64,000 bases of DNA from Stutzerimonas stutzeri (GTDB lineage: Bacteria > Pseudomonadota > Gammaproteobacteria > Pseudomonadales > Pseudomonadaceae). A program made the position numbers and the translations under genes. Location of the stretch: contig DGLA01000001.1 of assembly GCA_002387205.1 (NCBI GenBank), positions 77,549 to 141,548 of the forward strand, read 5' to 3'. Under the pieces are notes generated by a model. The model was not told the DNA's origin and searched no databases. It saw only the letters and a program-made list of their open reading frames with translations. Position 1 is the first letter of the stretch. The number at the start of each line of letters is the position of its first letter. This document shows, one piece after another, positions 20,940 to 31,454 of the stretch.

Positions 20940-21899
20940 ATGGAATCTGACATGACTACGGAAACTGCCCAGGACCGCGCACTGTTGCACCTGGCTCAGG
21001 CGCTGCGCGAGCGCGGCTATCACTTCATCACGCCAACACCGCTGACCCATGAACGGGTCAACAGCCGGGTAGAGAACCAACTGGCAAACGACATCACTGG
21101 AGTGTTTGGCTGGAGCCGGCCTTTCCAGCATGAGCTGCTGCCACCGGCGGTCTTCAGCCTCATGGACCAGGCCGGTGTGTTGGCCCCCTGTGATTCCCGC
21201 TGGCGCAGCCGGGTGCGGATGTCGAGCCTGGATGGCCAGTTGTTCGTGCATTCGGCCTACCCCACCGATGCGGCGGATGCCGTGTTCTTCGGACCCGACA
21301 CCTACCGGTTCGCCAACGCCATTCAGTGCCACCTCAACACTCATCAGGGCCACATCGGACGTGCCGTGGACATTGGTTGCGGCTCGGGTGCCGGCGCGAT
21401 TCTTACGGCGCTGGCACGGCCACAGGCAGAGGTGCTGGCAGTGGACATCAACCCTTCCGCACTGCGCCTGACCCGCATCAACGCGGCGCTGGCCGGGGTC
21501 GACAACCTCAAAGCCCGCCACAGCGACCTGCTCAGTGACGTCGACGGCGAATTCGACCTGATCCTGGCCAACCCGCCCTATCTGGTCGATCCCGACGAAC
21601 GTGCCTACCGCCACGGTGGCGGCCCCCTGGGGGCAGGACTGTCCCTGGCCATCTTCGACAGCGCACTGCAGCGCCTCGCCCCGTGCGGCACCTTGCTGCT
21701 CTATACCGGCGTGGCGATGACGGGCAATCAGGACCCCTTCCGCCGCGAAATCGAGCAACGCCTCGAAGGTCGTGGCCTGGAATGGCGATACCGGGAAGTG
21801 GACCCCGACGTGTTCGGCGAGGAGCTGCTCGACGGCGCCTATACCGAGTGCGACCGGATCGCAGCCGTGGTGCTGGAAGTGACGCGCCCGGCGGGCTGA
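20940..21899 (+). CDS. Class I SAM-dependent methyltransferase, HemK/PrmC-like with NPPY motif
   Basis: VFFGPDTYRF, DIGCGSGAG, ILANPPY; 12 bp downstream of the HDO gene. Confidence 0.87.
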   Translation: MESDMTTETAQDRALLHLAQALRERGYHFITPTPLTHERVNSRVENQLANDITGVFGWSRPFQHELLPPAVFSLMDQAGVLAPCDSRWRSRVRMSSLDGQLFVHSAYPTDAADAVFFGPDTYRFANAIQCHLNTHQGHIGRAVDIGCGSGAGAILTALARPQAEVLAVDINPSALRLTRINAALAGVDNLKARHSDLLSDVDGEFDLILANPPYLVDPDERAYRHGGGPLGAGLSLAIFDSALQRLAPCGTLLLYTGVAMTGNQDPFRREIEQRLEGRGLEWRYREVDPDVFGEELLDGAYTECDRIAAVVLEVTRPAG

Positions 21900-21941
21900 C
21901 GTGACCCCTTGAAGAACGCTTCGCGGTTTTCCACGGGGTGG

Positions 21942-22000
21942 CCATCCACCCTACGACCGGCCAGGCGTAGGGGTGGACAACGCCGCAGGCGTATCCACGC
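21942..22000. repeat. Inverted GTAG-type REP pair between convergent genes
   Basis: CCATCCACCCTAC ... GTAGGGGTGGACAACGCCGCAGGCGTATCCACGC. Confidence 0.65.
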
Positions 22001-22012
22001 GTACCAGGACCT

Positions 22013-22945
22013 TTATATGGGCAGCAGCATCAGACAGGCCGACAAAGTGACAAGGGAGCCGAGTGTGGATAGCAGCACCACGCGCGACACCCGCGACGCC
22101 TCGCGGCCATAGAACTCGGCGAGCATGTAAGGCCCGGTGCCGGTAGGCAGCGCGCTGAGCAACAGCGCCGAATACGCCCATAGCGGCGGCAGCTCGAAAA
22201 CCTCAAAAGCCAGATACCAGGTGATCAGCGGCTGGACCACGAGCTTCAACGTGACCAACGGCCATACGCCACTGACCTTGCCCCCCGGCTGCGGTTGCGC
22301 CAGGAACAAGCCCAGCGAAACCAGCGCACAGGGTGCCGCCGCTGCACCCAGCAACTTCAGCAGCGTCGCCACCGGCACCGGCAGGTCCAACCCGCTCGTA
22401 GCCCATATCCCACCCAGCATGGGCGCCACCACCAGCGGGTTGCGCAGCAGCGCGAGGCTCACCTTTCGCAGCGTCTGCTGGAAGCCCTGCCCGGCATGCA
22501 AGCCGGTTTCCACACACGCCAGCGCAATGGCGAACAGCACGCAGACGACCACGATGCACGCGACCATGGCCGGCTGCAGGGCTTCATCGCCCAGCACCAG
22601 CATGCACAGCGGAATGCCGATGTAGCCGGTGTTGGCATAGGACGCACCGAGCGCATCGAGACTGGCGTCGGCCAGCGGCTGTTTCTGCAACAGGCTATAA
22701 CCGAGGGTAAAGCCGAACACGCCAAGACAGCCCACCGAGAAGGCCGTGATGAAGCCCGGCTGCCAGAGCTGCTCCCAGGTGGAATTGGCGACGACGCTGA
22801 ACAGCAGCGCCGGCAATCCCAGCCAGACCACGAACCGGTTCAGCTCGGAGGCGCCCGTCGGACCCATGCGGCCGGTGCGACGGCACAGGTACCCCAGGAA
22901 AATCAGGGCGAAGACTGGAAGGACGACATTGACGACGGCGGACAT
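22013..22945 (-). CDS. AEC (auxin efflux carrier)-family transporter
   Basis: ANTGYIGIPL, NPLVVAP, SALPTG motifs; about 10 TM segments. Confidence 0.88.
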   Translation of the reverse strand: MSAVVNVVLPVFALIFLGYLCRRTGRMGPTGASELNRFVVWLGLPALLFSVVANSTWEQLWQPGFITAFSVGCLGVFGFTLGYSLLQKQPLADASLDALGASYANTGYIGIPLCMLVLGDEALQPAMVACIVVVCVLFAIALACVETGLHAGQGFQQTLRKVSLALLRNPLVVAPMLGGIWATSGLDLPVPVATLLKLLGAAAAPCALVSLGLFLAQPQPGGKVSGVWPLVTLKLVVQPLITWYLAFEVFELPPLWAYSALLLSALPTGTGPYMLAEFYGREASRVSRVVLLSTLGSLVTLSACLMLLPI

Positions 22946-23245
22946 GGATTCTCATTGGGTAGTGGCCGCCAGGGATGGCGGTACGGGGCAGCCCGAGACG
23001 GGCGGCAACAGACCTTAGCAAAAAATGGCTTATCGCATTCCCTGCGCGACGATTCCACTAACCCTCCTGATGGGGCGTTTTGTGTCGTCTGATGGTCTGT
23101 GCAAAGAAAAACAGAGCAAACGCGCCATAAGCACCTCGTAGGGAGGCCGGGCAGCTTCTGTGCAAGCCAATCAAGCGAGCGATAAGCATCTTCAGTCCTA
23201 CATCCTTGCTTAGCTTGTAAGCGCACGGCCCGGCAGACGACACCG

Positions 23246-23694
23246 GATCGCCCCTTTCAGGAGGCCGAGCACAGGTGATGTGGAAGGGGCTGAGCGGCAT
23301 GGATGCCGCGAGAGCCGCGATGGGCCAGGGACGGCCCTTCGCGGCGGGCCCCTGGAATGTCACCGGAGCGAGGGAACCCCGGCGCAGCCGGGGCCGGATG
23401 CAGGGGCAAGACTTTTTGGTTCCTTTTGGGGCGACTGCCAAAAGGGACTCGCCCAGCAGGGCGAAACCAATGCCTCAGCTAACCCGCCCACCAAGGTAAC
23501 CACTCAGCCACAAAGGATCGATTCAACGGTCGAGTAGGGTAACGCGCAGTTGCGCGAGCAGCCCAAAAGCTCCGCAGCCAAGCCCGCTCCCACAACACAG
23601 TGATACGCAGGACCAAGGCGTTTTTTGGCTCCTTTGGCAGACCGTCCATTCGGGCGACTGCCATAAGAGACTCGCCCAGCAGGGCGAAACCAAT
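23246..23694. repeat. Highly structured non-coding repeat element with partial second copy
   Basis: Nested hairpins; 43-bp direct repeat at 23429-23471 and 23652-23694 with 2 mismatches; REP half-site near 23580-23594. Confidence 0.68.
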
Positions 23695-23778
23695 CCATCA
23701 AACAGCTCGGTAATCACCTAGGCCTTCAAAACCAACCAACGCCGCCCCTTCCGCCTCGGTCACCGCCGAGATGTTCCT

Positions 23779-24303
23779 CTAATGCAGCATCGTCGATGGA
23801 CTGTAGCCATTCGGCTCCGCCCGCCCCGCCGCAAACTTCGCCTCGACCTTTCCACGCATCGCCTGCGGCTCCTGCGGAAAGCCGCTGCGGTCGCTGTAGT
23901 CCCACTCGGTGATCAAATGACTCTCGCTCGCCAGGCCCTTCGCACAGGAAATATCCAGCGCGGTGATGCCAGCTACAGCGCCAGCGGCAATGGCCGCATT
24001 GACTTGCTCGGTGCCGTTTTCGATGCTCAACCCCAGCCCGACAAGATCCAGCGCATCGCCGCCGATACGGCCATAGATCCACGGCTTGGGGTCGTCGGTC
24101 AGCAACAGGCCGACGCCGGTGGCGATTTCCCGGGCACCGCAGGCGCGGATCAGCCCCTCGTTGCCGGGCACGCCTAGAAACCGAGCCAGCTTGCCGGGCA
24201 TCAGCACCTCGGCCAGCCCCAGCCCGATGCTGAACCAGCCGAGGCCACGGGCCAGCGTGCGGGCAGAATGGTTGGTGTGGGTGACACGGTGTGGAACGCT
24301 CAT
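23779..24303 (-). CDS. Hypothetical membrane-associated protein, likely stress related
   Basis: GAGG RBS; LARGLGWFSIGLGLAE and GRIGGDALDL motifs; downstream of the Zn-dehydrogenase. Confidence 0.75.
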   Translation of the reverse strand: MSVPHRVTHTNHSARTLARGLGWFSIGLGLAEVLMPGKLARFLGVPGNEGLIRACGAREIATGVGLLLTDDPKPWIYGRIGGDALDLVGLGLSIENGTEQVNAAIAAGAVAGITALDISCAKGLASESHLITEWDYSDRSGFPQEPQAMRGKVEAKFAAGRAEPNGYSPSTMLH

Positions 24304-24414
24304 AAAAGTACCTCCTCAGTAGCCGCCTCAAGTGGCGAGACCGGCACTATCGGGCCCTGTGAGAACGCTGCAAGCGAGGCGATGCCCAGCGCAGCCGTCG
24401 TCACAGGGTCTGGC

Positions 24415-25587
24415 TCAGGGTTTGAGAACGACCTTGATGCAGCCGTCGTGCTTGTCGCGGAAGGTCTTGTACATCTCAGGGCCCTGCTCAAGGCTGACGC
24501 TGTGGGTGATGACGAAGGATGGGTCGATCTGACCTTCCTGAATCCGCTTGAGCAGGTCGTCGGTCCAGCGGTTGACGTGGGTCTGGCCCATGCGGAAGGT
24601 CAGTGCCTTGTTCATCGCCGCACCAAAGGGGATCTTGTCGATCAGGCCACCATAGACGCCGGGTATCGAGATGATGCCCCCGGGCCGGCAGACATAGATC
24701 ATCTCGCGCAGCACGTGGGGGCGATCGCTCTCCATCATCAGCGCCTGCTTGGCGCGGTCGTACATCGAGTCCACCGAGCGCGCCGCATGCGCCTCCATGC
24801 CCACCGAGTCAATGCACTTTTCCGGTCCCTTGCCGCGGGTCAGCTCCTTGAGGCGTTCAAGCACGCTCTCCTCATCGAAGTTGATGGTAATGGCGCCGCC
24901 GGCGCGGGCCATGGACAGGCGCTCGGGCACATGATCGATGCAGATGACCTGTTCGGCGCCCATCATCAGCGCGCTGCGAATGGCGAACTGACCAACAGGA
25001 CCTGCGCCCCAGACGGCCACGGTATCGGTGGGCTGGATATCGCACTGCGCCGCGGCCTGCCAGCCGGTGGGCAGGATGTCGCCGAGGAACAGCACCTGTT
25101 CATCGGTCATGCCATCCGGAACCACGACGGGGCCGACATCGGCATAGGGCACACGGACATATTCCGCCTGGCCGCCGGCATAGCCGCCGGTGAGGTGGGT
25201 GTAGCCGTAGAGACCGGCGGTGGTATGGCCGAAAACTTTATCAGCCACGTCCTTGTTGCGGTTGGTGCGCTCGCACACCGAGAAATTGCCGCGCCGGCAC
25301 TGGTCGCATTCACCGCAAACGATGGTGAAAGGCACCACCACGCGATCGCCGACCTTGAGCTTTTTGTTCGCCGAGCCGACCTCCATCACCTCACCCATGA
25401 ACTCGTGGCCCATGATGTCGCCGTGCTTCATGCCGGGCATGAAGCCGTCGTACAGGTGCAGGTCAGAGCCACAGATGGCGCAGGACGACACCTTGATAAT
25501 GGCGTCGCGGGGATCCTCGATAGACGGATCAGGGACGTGGTTGTCGCAGCGGATGTCATGCTTGCCATGCCAGCGAAGAGCTCTCAT
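24415..25587 (-). CDS. Zn-dependent alcohol/formaldehyde dehydrogenase (YbdR-like)
   Basis: CGSDLH, GHEFMG, CGECDQC, GAGPVG. Confidence 0.9.
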   Translation of the reverse strand: MRALRWHGKHDIRCDNHVPDPSIEDPRDAIIKVSSCAICGSDLHLYDGFMPGMKHGDIMGHEFMGEVMEVGSANKKLKVGDRVVVPFTIVCGECDQCRRGNFSVCERTNRNKDVADKVFGHTTAGLYGYTHLTGGYAGGQAEYVRVPYADVGPVVVPDGMTDEQVLFLGDILPTGWQAAAQCDIQPTDTVAVWGAGPVGQFAIRSALMMGAEQVICIDHVPERLSMARAGGAITINFDEESVLERLKELTRGKGPEKCIDSVGMEAHAARSVDSMYDRAKQALMMESDRPHVLREMIYVCRPGGIISIPGVYGGLIDKIPFGAAMNKALTFRMGQTHVNRWTDDLLKRIQEGQIDPSFVITHSVSLEQGPEMYKTFRDKHDGCIKVVLKP

Positions 25588-25879
25588 TGGAAAAATTCTC
25601 CTGGTTCGGTGTTCGGAAACGCCGCCGTGATGGTTCTTCCTGATGTCTTCGCCGCGGTGCGGCAGCTGCTCCTGCCCCGACTGCTGCCCTTTGGCGGGGT
25701 TGCGGCGTGCGTGCTATCAGATTTTTAGTGTCCGCAGCTGCCGCAGAGTTGCCTGCAATCGACACGCTGCAGCTGAATCGCCGACGGACTGCAAGGGTTG
25801 CGACGGCTACGGGCTCTGCCCGGATAGCGTCGCGAAAGCCGCCACAGCGCGTCGCAGACCGCTGTGGCAGCGCGTCGGC

Positions 25880-26743
25880 CTAGCAGGTCTTGTTCGGCTT
25901 CACCGAGGCATAACCGTTGCGGTAGCTCGGGTACTGAGGGGACCAGCCAAGCGCCCGGGCGCGGGCGTTGCTGCAACGCTTGCTGCCGGCACGACGGGTC
26001 ATGGTCTGCTCGGACCAGTGGCTGACACCGAGCCGCTCGCGCAGCCAGTCGATCACCTCGTGCAGGGGGGCCGGATCGTCGTCCACGCCAAGGTAGCAGT
26101 CCTCCAGCGTGCCACCGGCCAGATCGGTCTGCAGCAGGCATGCGAGCAGCGCGGCGGCATCATCGCGATGGATACGGTTGCTGTACTGCGGCGGATCGCG
26201 CTCGACACGCAGCCCCGAACGGACCTGATTCTGCATCCAGGGCCGTGTCGGGTCGTAGAGTCCCGCCATCCGCACCCGTGTCGCCGGGAACCCGCAGTCC
26301 AGCGCCAGCTGTTCGGCCTCAAGCATCACCTGTCCGGTATAGCCGGTGGGCTCGGTGGCCGAGTTCTCATCGATCCACTCGCCACCATTCTGCGCATAGA
26401 CCCCTGTGCTGGAGAGAAAAAACAGCCGCCGCGGATCTTGTCCGCGCTGGCGCAGCCAATCGAGGGAGTTGCGCAATCCCTCGACATAGGCCTGGCGGTA
26501 ACCGGGTTCATCGTGCTGGGTGGCCGAGGCGGCATACACCAGATAGTCCAGCTTGCCGTTGGGCCAGCCGCGGGGAACCTCCGCTGACAGGAGGTCACCC
26601 TTGACCGGCAGGATCGGCACCGGAAGACTTGCAGCCTGGCGGCGCAGACCGTAAACCGTCCAGCCTGCGCGGCTCAGCTGCAGACCGAGGCGAATACCGA
26701 CGTCGCCGCAGCCGGCGATCATTACAGAGGGACGAGTTGCCAT
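25880..26743 (-). CDS. NAD-dependent epimerase/atypical SDR oxidoreductase
   Basis: IAGCGDVG, SSTGVY, NRIHRDD; divergent from oxyR. Confidence 0.85.
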   Translation of the reverse strand: MATRPSVMIAGCGDVGIRLGLQLSRAGWTVYGLRRQAASLPVPILPVKGDLLSAEVPRGWPNGKLDYLVYAASATQHDEPGYRQAYVEGLRNSLDWLRQRGQDPRRLFFLSSTGVYAQNGGEWIDENSATEPTGYTGQVMLEAEQLALDCGFPATRVRMAGLYDPTRPWMQNQVRSGLRVERDPPQYSNRIHRDDAAALLACLLQTDLAGGTLEDCYLGVDDDPAPLHEVIDWLRERLGVSHWSEQTMTRRAGSKRCSNARARALGWSPQYPSYRNGYASVKPNKTC

Positions 26744-26910
26744 GGCGGTTGCTCCGTAACCGTTGCGGGCCACCGATTCGGCCCGACTGCATCGAGTGTA
26801 CTGCTGCGCAGGGCTTTTCCGCTTGTCACTTTATAAGGGAACGGATGCTGGCCAGTTGGTTCGAACACGAGCAAAGGCTATGCTAGCCAGCAACCTGATG
26901 GAATAACACT

Positions 26911-27831
26911 ATGACACTGACCGAATTGCGCTACATCGTCACGCTCGCCCAGGAATCACATTTCGGCCGTGCCGCCGAACGTTGCCACGTCAGCCAGCCC
27001 ACCCTCTCGGTAGGGGTAAAGAAGCTCGAGGACGAGCTCGGCGTGCTGATTTTCGAGCGGACCAAGAGCGCAGTGCGGCTAACACCTGTCGGTGAAGGCA
27101 TCGTCACCCAGGCGCAAAAGGTACTGGAGCAGGCGCAGAGCATTCGCGAACTGGCCCAGGCTGGCAAGAACCAGCTGGCCTCGCCGCTCAAGGTTGGCGC
27201 CATCTATACCGTCGGCCCCTACATGTTTCCGCATCTGATCCCGCAGCTGCATCGCGTGGCGCCGGACATGCCGCTGTACATCGAGGAAAACTTCACCCAC
27301 ATCCTGCGCGACAAGCTGCGCACCGGCGAGCTGGACGCGATCATCATCGCGCTGCCGTTCCAGGAAGCCGATGTTCTCACGCTGCCGCTGTATGACGAGC
27401 CCTTCTATGTGCTGATGCCGGCCGGCCATCCCTGGTCGAAGCGGGAAACCATCGACAGCGAGATGCTCAACGACAAAAGCCTGCTGCTGCTCGGCGAAGG
27501 CCACTGCTTCCGTGACCAGGTTCTCGAAGCCTGCCCCACCACCCGCAAGGGCGAGGCGCCGAGCCACACCACGGTGGAGTCCTCGTCGCTGGAAACCATC
27601 CGCCACATGGTTGCCTCGGGCCTGGGCGTATCGATCCTGCCGTTGTCGGCAGTCGACAGTCACCACTATTCCGCTGGCGTGCTGGACATCCGCCCGCTGA
27701 CCCCACCGGTGCCGTTCCGTACCGTGGCCATCGCCTGGCGCGCCAGCTTCCCGCGGCCGAAGGCCATCGAAGTGCTGGCTGACTCCATTCGCCTGTGCTC
27801 GGTTGCCAAGCCGCCCGCCGCGACCGCCTGA
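26911..27831 (+). CDS. oxyR: Hydrogen peroxide sensor OxyR (LysR family)
   Basis: LysR HTH; GHCFRDQVLEAC redox cysteines; upstream of recG. Confidence 0.95.
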   Translation: MTLTELRYIVTLAQESHFGRAAERCHVSQPTLSVGVKKLEDELGVLIFERTKSAVRLTPVGEGIVTQAQKVLEQAQSIRELAQAGKNQLASPLKVGAIYTVGPYMFPHLIPQLHRVAPDMPLYIEENFTHILRDKLRTGELDAIIIALPFQEADVLTLPLYDEPFYVLMPAGHPWSKRETIDSEMLNDKSLLLLGEGHCFRDQVLEACPTTRKGEAPSHTTVESSSLETIRHMVASGLGVSILPLSAVDSHHYSAGVLDIRPLTPPVPFRTVAIAWRASFPRPKAIEVLADSIRLCSVAKPPAATA

Positions 27832-27835
27832 GCCC

Positions 27836-29911
27836 ATGAGCGAGCTGGCGGCGGTGCCGGTTACCGCACTCAAGGGCGTGGGCGCGGCGCTGGCCGAAAA
27901 GCTCGCCCGGGTCGGCCTGGAAACCCTTCAGGACCTGCTGTTCCACCTGCCGCTGCGCTATCAGGACCGCACCCGCATCGTGCCGATCGGTGCGCTGCGT
28001 CCCGGTCAGGACGCTGTGATCGAAGGCACCGTGACCGGCGCCGATATCGTCATGGGCCGCCGCCGCAGCCTGCTGGTACGCCTGCATGACGGCAGCGGCA
28101 GCCTCAGCCTGCGCTTCTACCATTTCAGCCAGGCGCAGAAGGAAGCCCTCAAGCGCGGCACCCAGGTGCGCTGCTACGGCGAGGCCCGCCCCGGCGCCTC
28201 GGGGCTGGAGATCTACCACCCCGAATACCGCGCGCTGACTGACAGCGAGCCGGTGGCTGTCGAGCAGACCCTGACGCCCATCTACCCGACCACCGAAGGC
28301 CTGACCCAACAACGCCTGCGCCAGCTCACCGCCCAGGCCCTGGCACGGCTCGGCCCGCACAGCCTGCCGGACTGGCTGCCCGACGAGCTGACCCGTGATT
28401 ACCAGCTGGCCAAGCTCGACGAGGCGATCCGCTACCTGCACCGGCCGCCGCCAGACGCTGATCTTGAAGAACTTGCCGAGGGCCGCCACTGGGCCCAGCA
28501 CCGCCTGGCCTTCGAAGAACTGCTGACTCACCAGCTCTCCATGCAACGCCTGCGTGAAAGCAGCCGCGCCCAGCACGCGCCGCCGCTGCCTGTCGCCCGC
28601 GACCTGCCGCAGCGTTACCTGCAGAACCTGGGCTTCCAGCCCACCTGTGCCCAGCAGCGAGTCGGTGCGGAGATCGCCTACGACCTGGCCCAGGACGAGC
28701 CCATGCTGCGCCTGGTGCAGGGCGACGTGGGCGCCGGCAAGACGGTGGTCGCCGCCCTTGCCGCGCTGCAGGCGCTGGAAGCGGGCTACCAGGTGGCCCT
28801 GATGGCGCCCACCGAAATCCTTGCTGAACAGCACTACCTGACCTTCTGCAAATGGCTGGAACCGCTGGGCATCGAGGTCGCCTGGCTGGCAGGCAAGCTC
28901 AAGGGCAAGGCGCGCACAGCCGCACTGGAGCGCATCGCGGTCGGCTGCCCCATGGTGGTGGGCACCCACGCGCTGTTTCAGGATGAAGTGCAGTTCCGCC
29001 GCCTGGCCCTGGTGATCATCGACGAACAGCATCGCTTCGGCGTGCAGCAACGCCTGGCGCTGCGCCGCAAGGGCGTCGAGGGCCGGCTCTGCCCGCACCA
29101 GCTGATCATGACCGCCACGCCGATCCCGCGAACCCTGGCGATGAGCGCCTACGCCGACCTGGACACTTCGATCCTCGACGAGCTGCCACCGGGCCGCACC
29201 CCGGTGAATACCGTGCTGGTGGCCGACAGCCGTCGCCTGGAAGTCATCGAGCGGGTGCGCTCGGCCTGCAACGAAGGGCGCCAGGCCTACTGGGTCTGCA
29301 CCCTGATCGAAGAATCCGAGGAGCTGACCTGCCAGGCGGCGGAAACCACCTTCGAAGACCTCAGCGCCGCCCTCGGTGGGCTGCATGTCGGGCTGATCCA
29401 TGGCCGCATGAAACCGGCCGAAAAAGCCGCGGTGATGGCCGAATTCAAGGAAGGCCGCCTGCAACTGCTGGTCGCCACCACCGTCATTGAGGTCGGCGTG
29501 GACGTCCCCAACGCTAGCCTGATGATCATCGAAAACCCCGAGCGGCTGGGCCTGGCCCAGTTGCACCAGCTACGTGGGCGGGTCGGCCGTGGCAGCGCCG
29601 CCAGCCATTGCGTGCTGCTCTATCACCCGCCGCTGTCACAGATCGGCCGCGAACGGCTGGCGATCATGCGCGAGACCTGCGATGGCTTTGTCATCGCCGA
29701 AAAGGACCTGGAGCTGCGCGGCCCTGGCGAAATGCTGGGCACCCGGCAGACCGGCCTGTTGCAGTTCAAGGTCGCCGACCTGATGCGTGACGCCGATCTG
29801 CTCCCCGCCGTCCGAGATGCTGCGCAAGCGCTGCTGGCACATTGGCCGCAACACGTCAGCCCGCTGCTGGAGCGCTGGCTGCGCCACGGCCAGCAGTACG
29901 GTCAGGTCTGA
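27836..29911 (+). CDS. recG: ATP-dependent DNA helicase RecG
   Basis: QGDVGAGKT, DEQHRFGV, MTATPIPRT, HQLRGRVGRG. Confidence 0.97.
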   Translation: MSELAAVPVTALKGVGAALAEKLARVGLETLQDLLFHLPLRYQDRTRIVPIGALRPGQDAVIEGTVTGADIVMGRRRSLLVRLHDGSGSLSLRFYHFSQAQKEALKRGTQVRCYGEARPGASGLEIYHPEYRALTDSEPVAVEQTLTPIYPTTEGLTQQRLRQLTAQALARLGPHSLPDWLPDELTRDYQLAKLDEAIRYLHRPPPDADLEELAEGRHWAQHRLAFEELLTHQLSMQRLRESSRAQHAPPLPVARDLPQRYLQNLGFQPTCAQQRVGAEIAYDLAQDEPMLRLVQGDVGAGKTVVAALAALQALEAGYQVALMAPTEILAEQHYLTFCKWLEPLGIEVAWLAGKLKGKARTAALERIAVGCPMVVGTHALFQDEVQFRRLALVIIDEQHRFGVQQRLALRRKGVEGRLCPHQLIMTATPIPRTLAMSAYADLDTSILDELPPGRTPVNTVLVADSRRLEVIERVRSACNEGRQAYWVCTLIEESEELTCQAAETTFEDLSAALGGLHVGLIHGRMKPAEKAAVMAEFKEGRLQLLVATTVIEVGVDVPNASLMIIENPERLGLAQLHQLRGRVGRGSAASHCVLLYHPPLSQIGRERLAIMRETCDGFVIAEKDLELRGPGEMLGTRQTGLLQFKVADLMRDADLLPAVRDAAQALLAHWPQHVSPLLERWLRHGQQYGQV

Positions 29912-29980
29912 CGCTCGTCGGTAAAGCCTGACCGCTTTAAACCTGACGCTATACTGCGCCGCACGGGAATAAGACGGATC

Positions 29981-31390
29981 ATGCTCATGAACTCGGCTGT
30001 CGACACAACAAACCCCCTAACCTTGCCTTCGCTGATCGTTCAACTTCTGGACAAGCTGGCATTGCCCTATCGCACCCGCGAGGACAGCGCGGTGCTGGAC
30101 CCGGCCCAACGCGTACAGGCGATCCTGGTCGATGACGCGATCGGCGCGCTGCTGGTGCTGTATCCCCGTGACCACCTTCTTGACCTTTCGCGCCTGAGCG
30201 AGCTGACCGGACGCCAGCTTTCGGCAGTCAAGCCGGACCGGCTGACACGCATGCTGGCCAAGCACAGCCTGCAGGTGTTACCTGGCCTGCCGCCGCTGAC
30301 CAGCTCCCCGTGCCTCTACGAGGAACGTCTCCTGCAACAGCCGGTGCTCCTGCTTGAAAGCGGCTATCCCGGCGTGCTCCTGGAAATGGCCAGCACTGAC
30401 GTCAAGACGCTGTTGAACAAGGCCAGCGCCGGGCAGTTTGCCGTCCCGCTGAGCGGTATTCATCCCAACCTCGACAGGCCCGACGACGACGGTGCCGAGA
30501 TCGCACAGGCCGTACAGAGCTTTACCGCGCGTCGCATCCAGAAACGCCTGGAAGAAACCATCGAGATTCCGCCGCTGGCCCACACGGCACAAAAGATCAT
30601 CAAGCTGCGTGTCAACCCCGACGCCAGCGTCGACGACATCACTGGCGTCGTGGAAACCGATCCGGCTCTTGCGGCGCAGGTGGTCAGCTGGGCGGCTTCA
30701 CCCTACTACCGCGCACCCGGCAAGATCCGCTCGGTGGAAGACGCCATCGTGCGTGTGCTTGGCTTCGATCTGGTGATCAACCTGGCGCTGGGGCTCGCGC
30801 TGGGCAAGACTCTGAGCCTGCCCAAGGATCAGCCGCAACAGGCCACGCCCTACTGGCAGCAGGCGATCTATACCGCCGCGGTAATCGAAGGCCTGAACCG
30901 TGCGATTCCACGCCCGCAGCGCCCGGAGGCTGGGCTCAGCTACCTGGCGGGGCTGCTGCACAACTTCGGTTACCTGGTACTGGCCCACGTGTTTCCGCCG
31001 CACTTCTCGCTGATCTGCCGGCACCTGGAGGTCAATCCGCACCTGACCCACAGCGTGGTGGAGCAGCACTTGCTGGGTATTACCCGGGAACAGATTGGCT
31101 CCTGGTTGATGCGCTACTGGGGCATGCCGGACGAGTTGTCCACCGCCCTGCGCTTCCAGCATGACCCCGATTACCAGGGCGAGCACGCCGGCCATGCGAA
31201 CCTGGTATGCCTCGCCGTGCGCCTGCTGCGCAACCGGGGTATCGGCTCCGGTCCTTACAACGAGATCCCGCAAGGCCTCTTCGATCGCCTCGGGTTGACC
31301 CGCGAGAAGGCCAACGAGGTGGTCACCCGGGTGCTTGACGCCGAAGCCGCCCTGCGCGCCCTGGCCACCCAGATAAACCCGGCGCAATAA
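29981..31390 (+). CDS. sadB: YbaK-like + HDOD domain protein (SadB ortholog)
   Basis: HDOD motifs (DPALAAQVVSWA, AGLLHNFG); conserved position after recG in Pseudomonas. Confidence 0.8.
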   Translation: MLMNSAVDTTNPLTLPSLIVQLLDKLALPYRTREDSAVLDPAQRVQAILVDDAIGALLVLYPRDHLLDLSRLSELTGRQLSAVKPDRLTRMLAKHSLQVLPGLPPLTSSPCLYEERLLQQPVLLLESGYPGVLLEMASTDVKTLLNKASAGQFAVPLSGIHPNLDRPDDDGAEIAQAVQSFTARRIQKRLEETIEIPPLAHTAQKIIKLRVNPDASVDDITGVVETDPALAAQVVSWAASPYYRAPGKIRSVEDAIVRVLGFDLVINLALGLALGKTLSLPKDQPQQATPYWQQAIYTAAVIEGLNRAIPRPQRPEAGLSYLAGLLHNFGYLVLAHVFPPHFSLICRHLEVNPHLTHSVVEQHLLGITREQIGSWLMRYWGMPDELSTALRFQHDPDYQGEHAGHANLVCLAVRLLRNRGIGSGPYNEIPQGLFDRLGLTREKANEVVTRVLDAEAALRALATQINPAQ

Positions 31391-31394
31391 GACC

Positions 31395-31430
31395 GGGCGA
31401 AGTCCGAGGCGGCACCGCCCCGGACTTCGC
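31395..31430. terminator. GC-rich hairpin between convergent sadB and gspM
   Basis: GGCGAAGTCCG ... CGGACTTCGCC inverted repeat. Confidence 0.55.
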
Positions 31431-31454
31431 CACGACCAGCGGGTGCGACCGCCG

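Noticed and set aside
23429..23694. 43-bp direct repeats as a possible CRISPR array
   Set aside because: Only two copies, a 180-bp gap and no cas genes.
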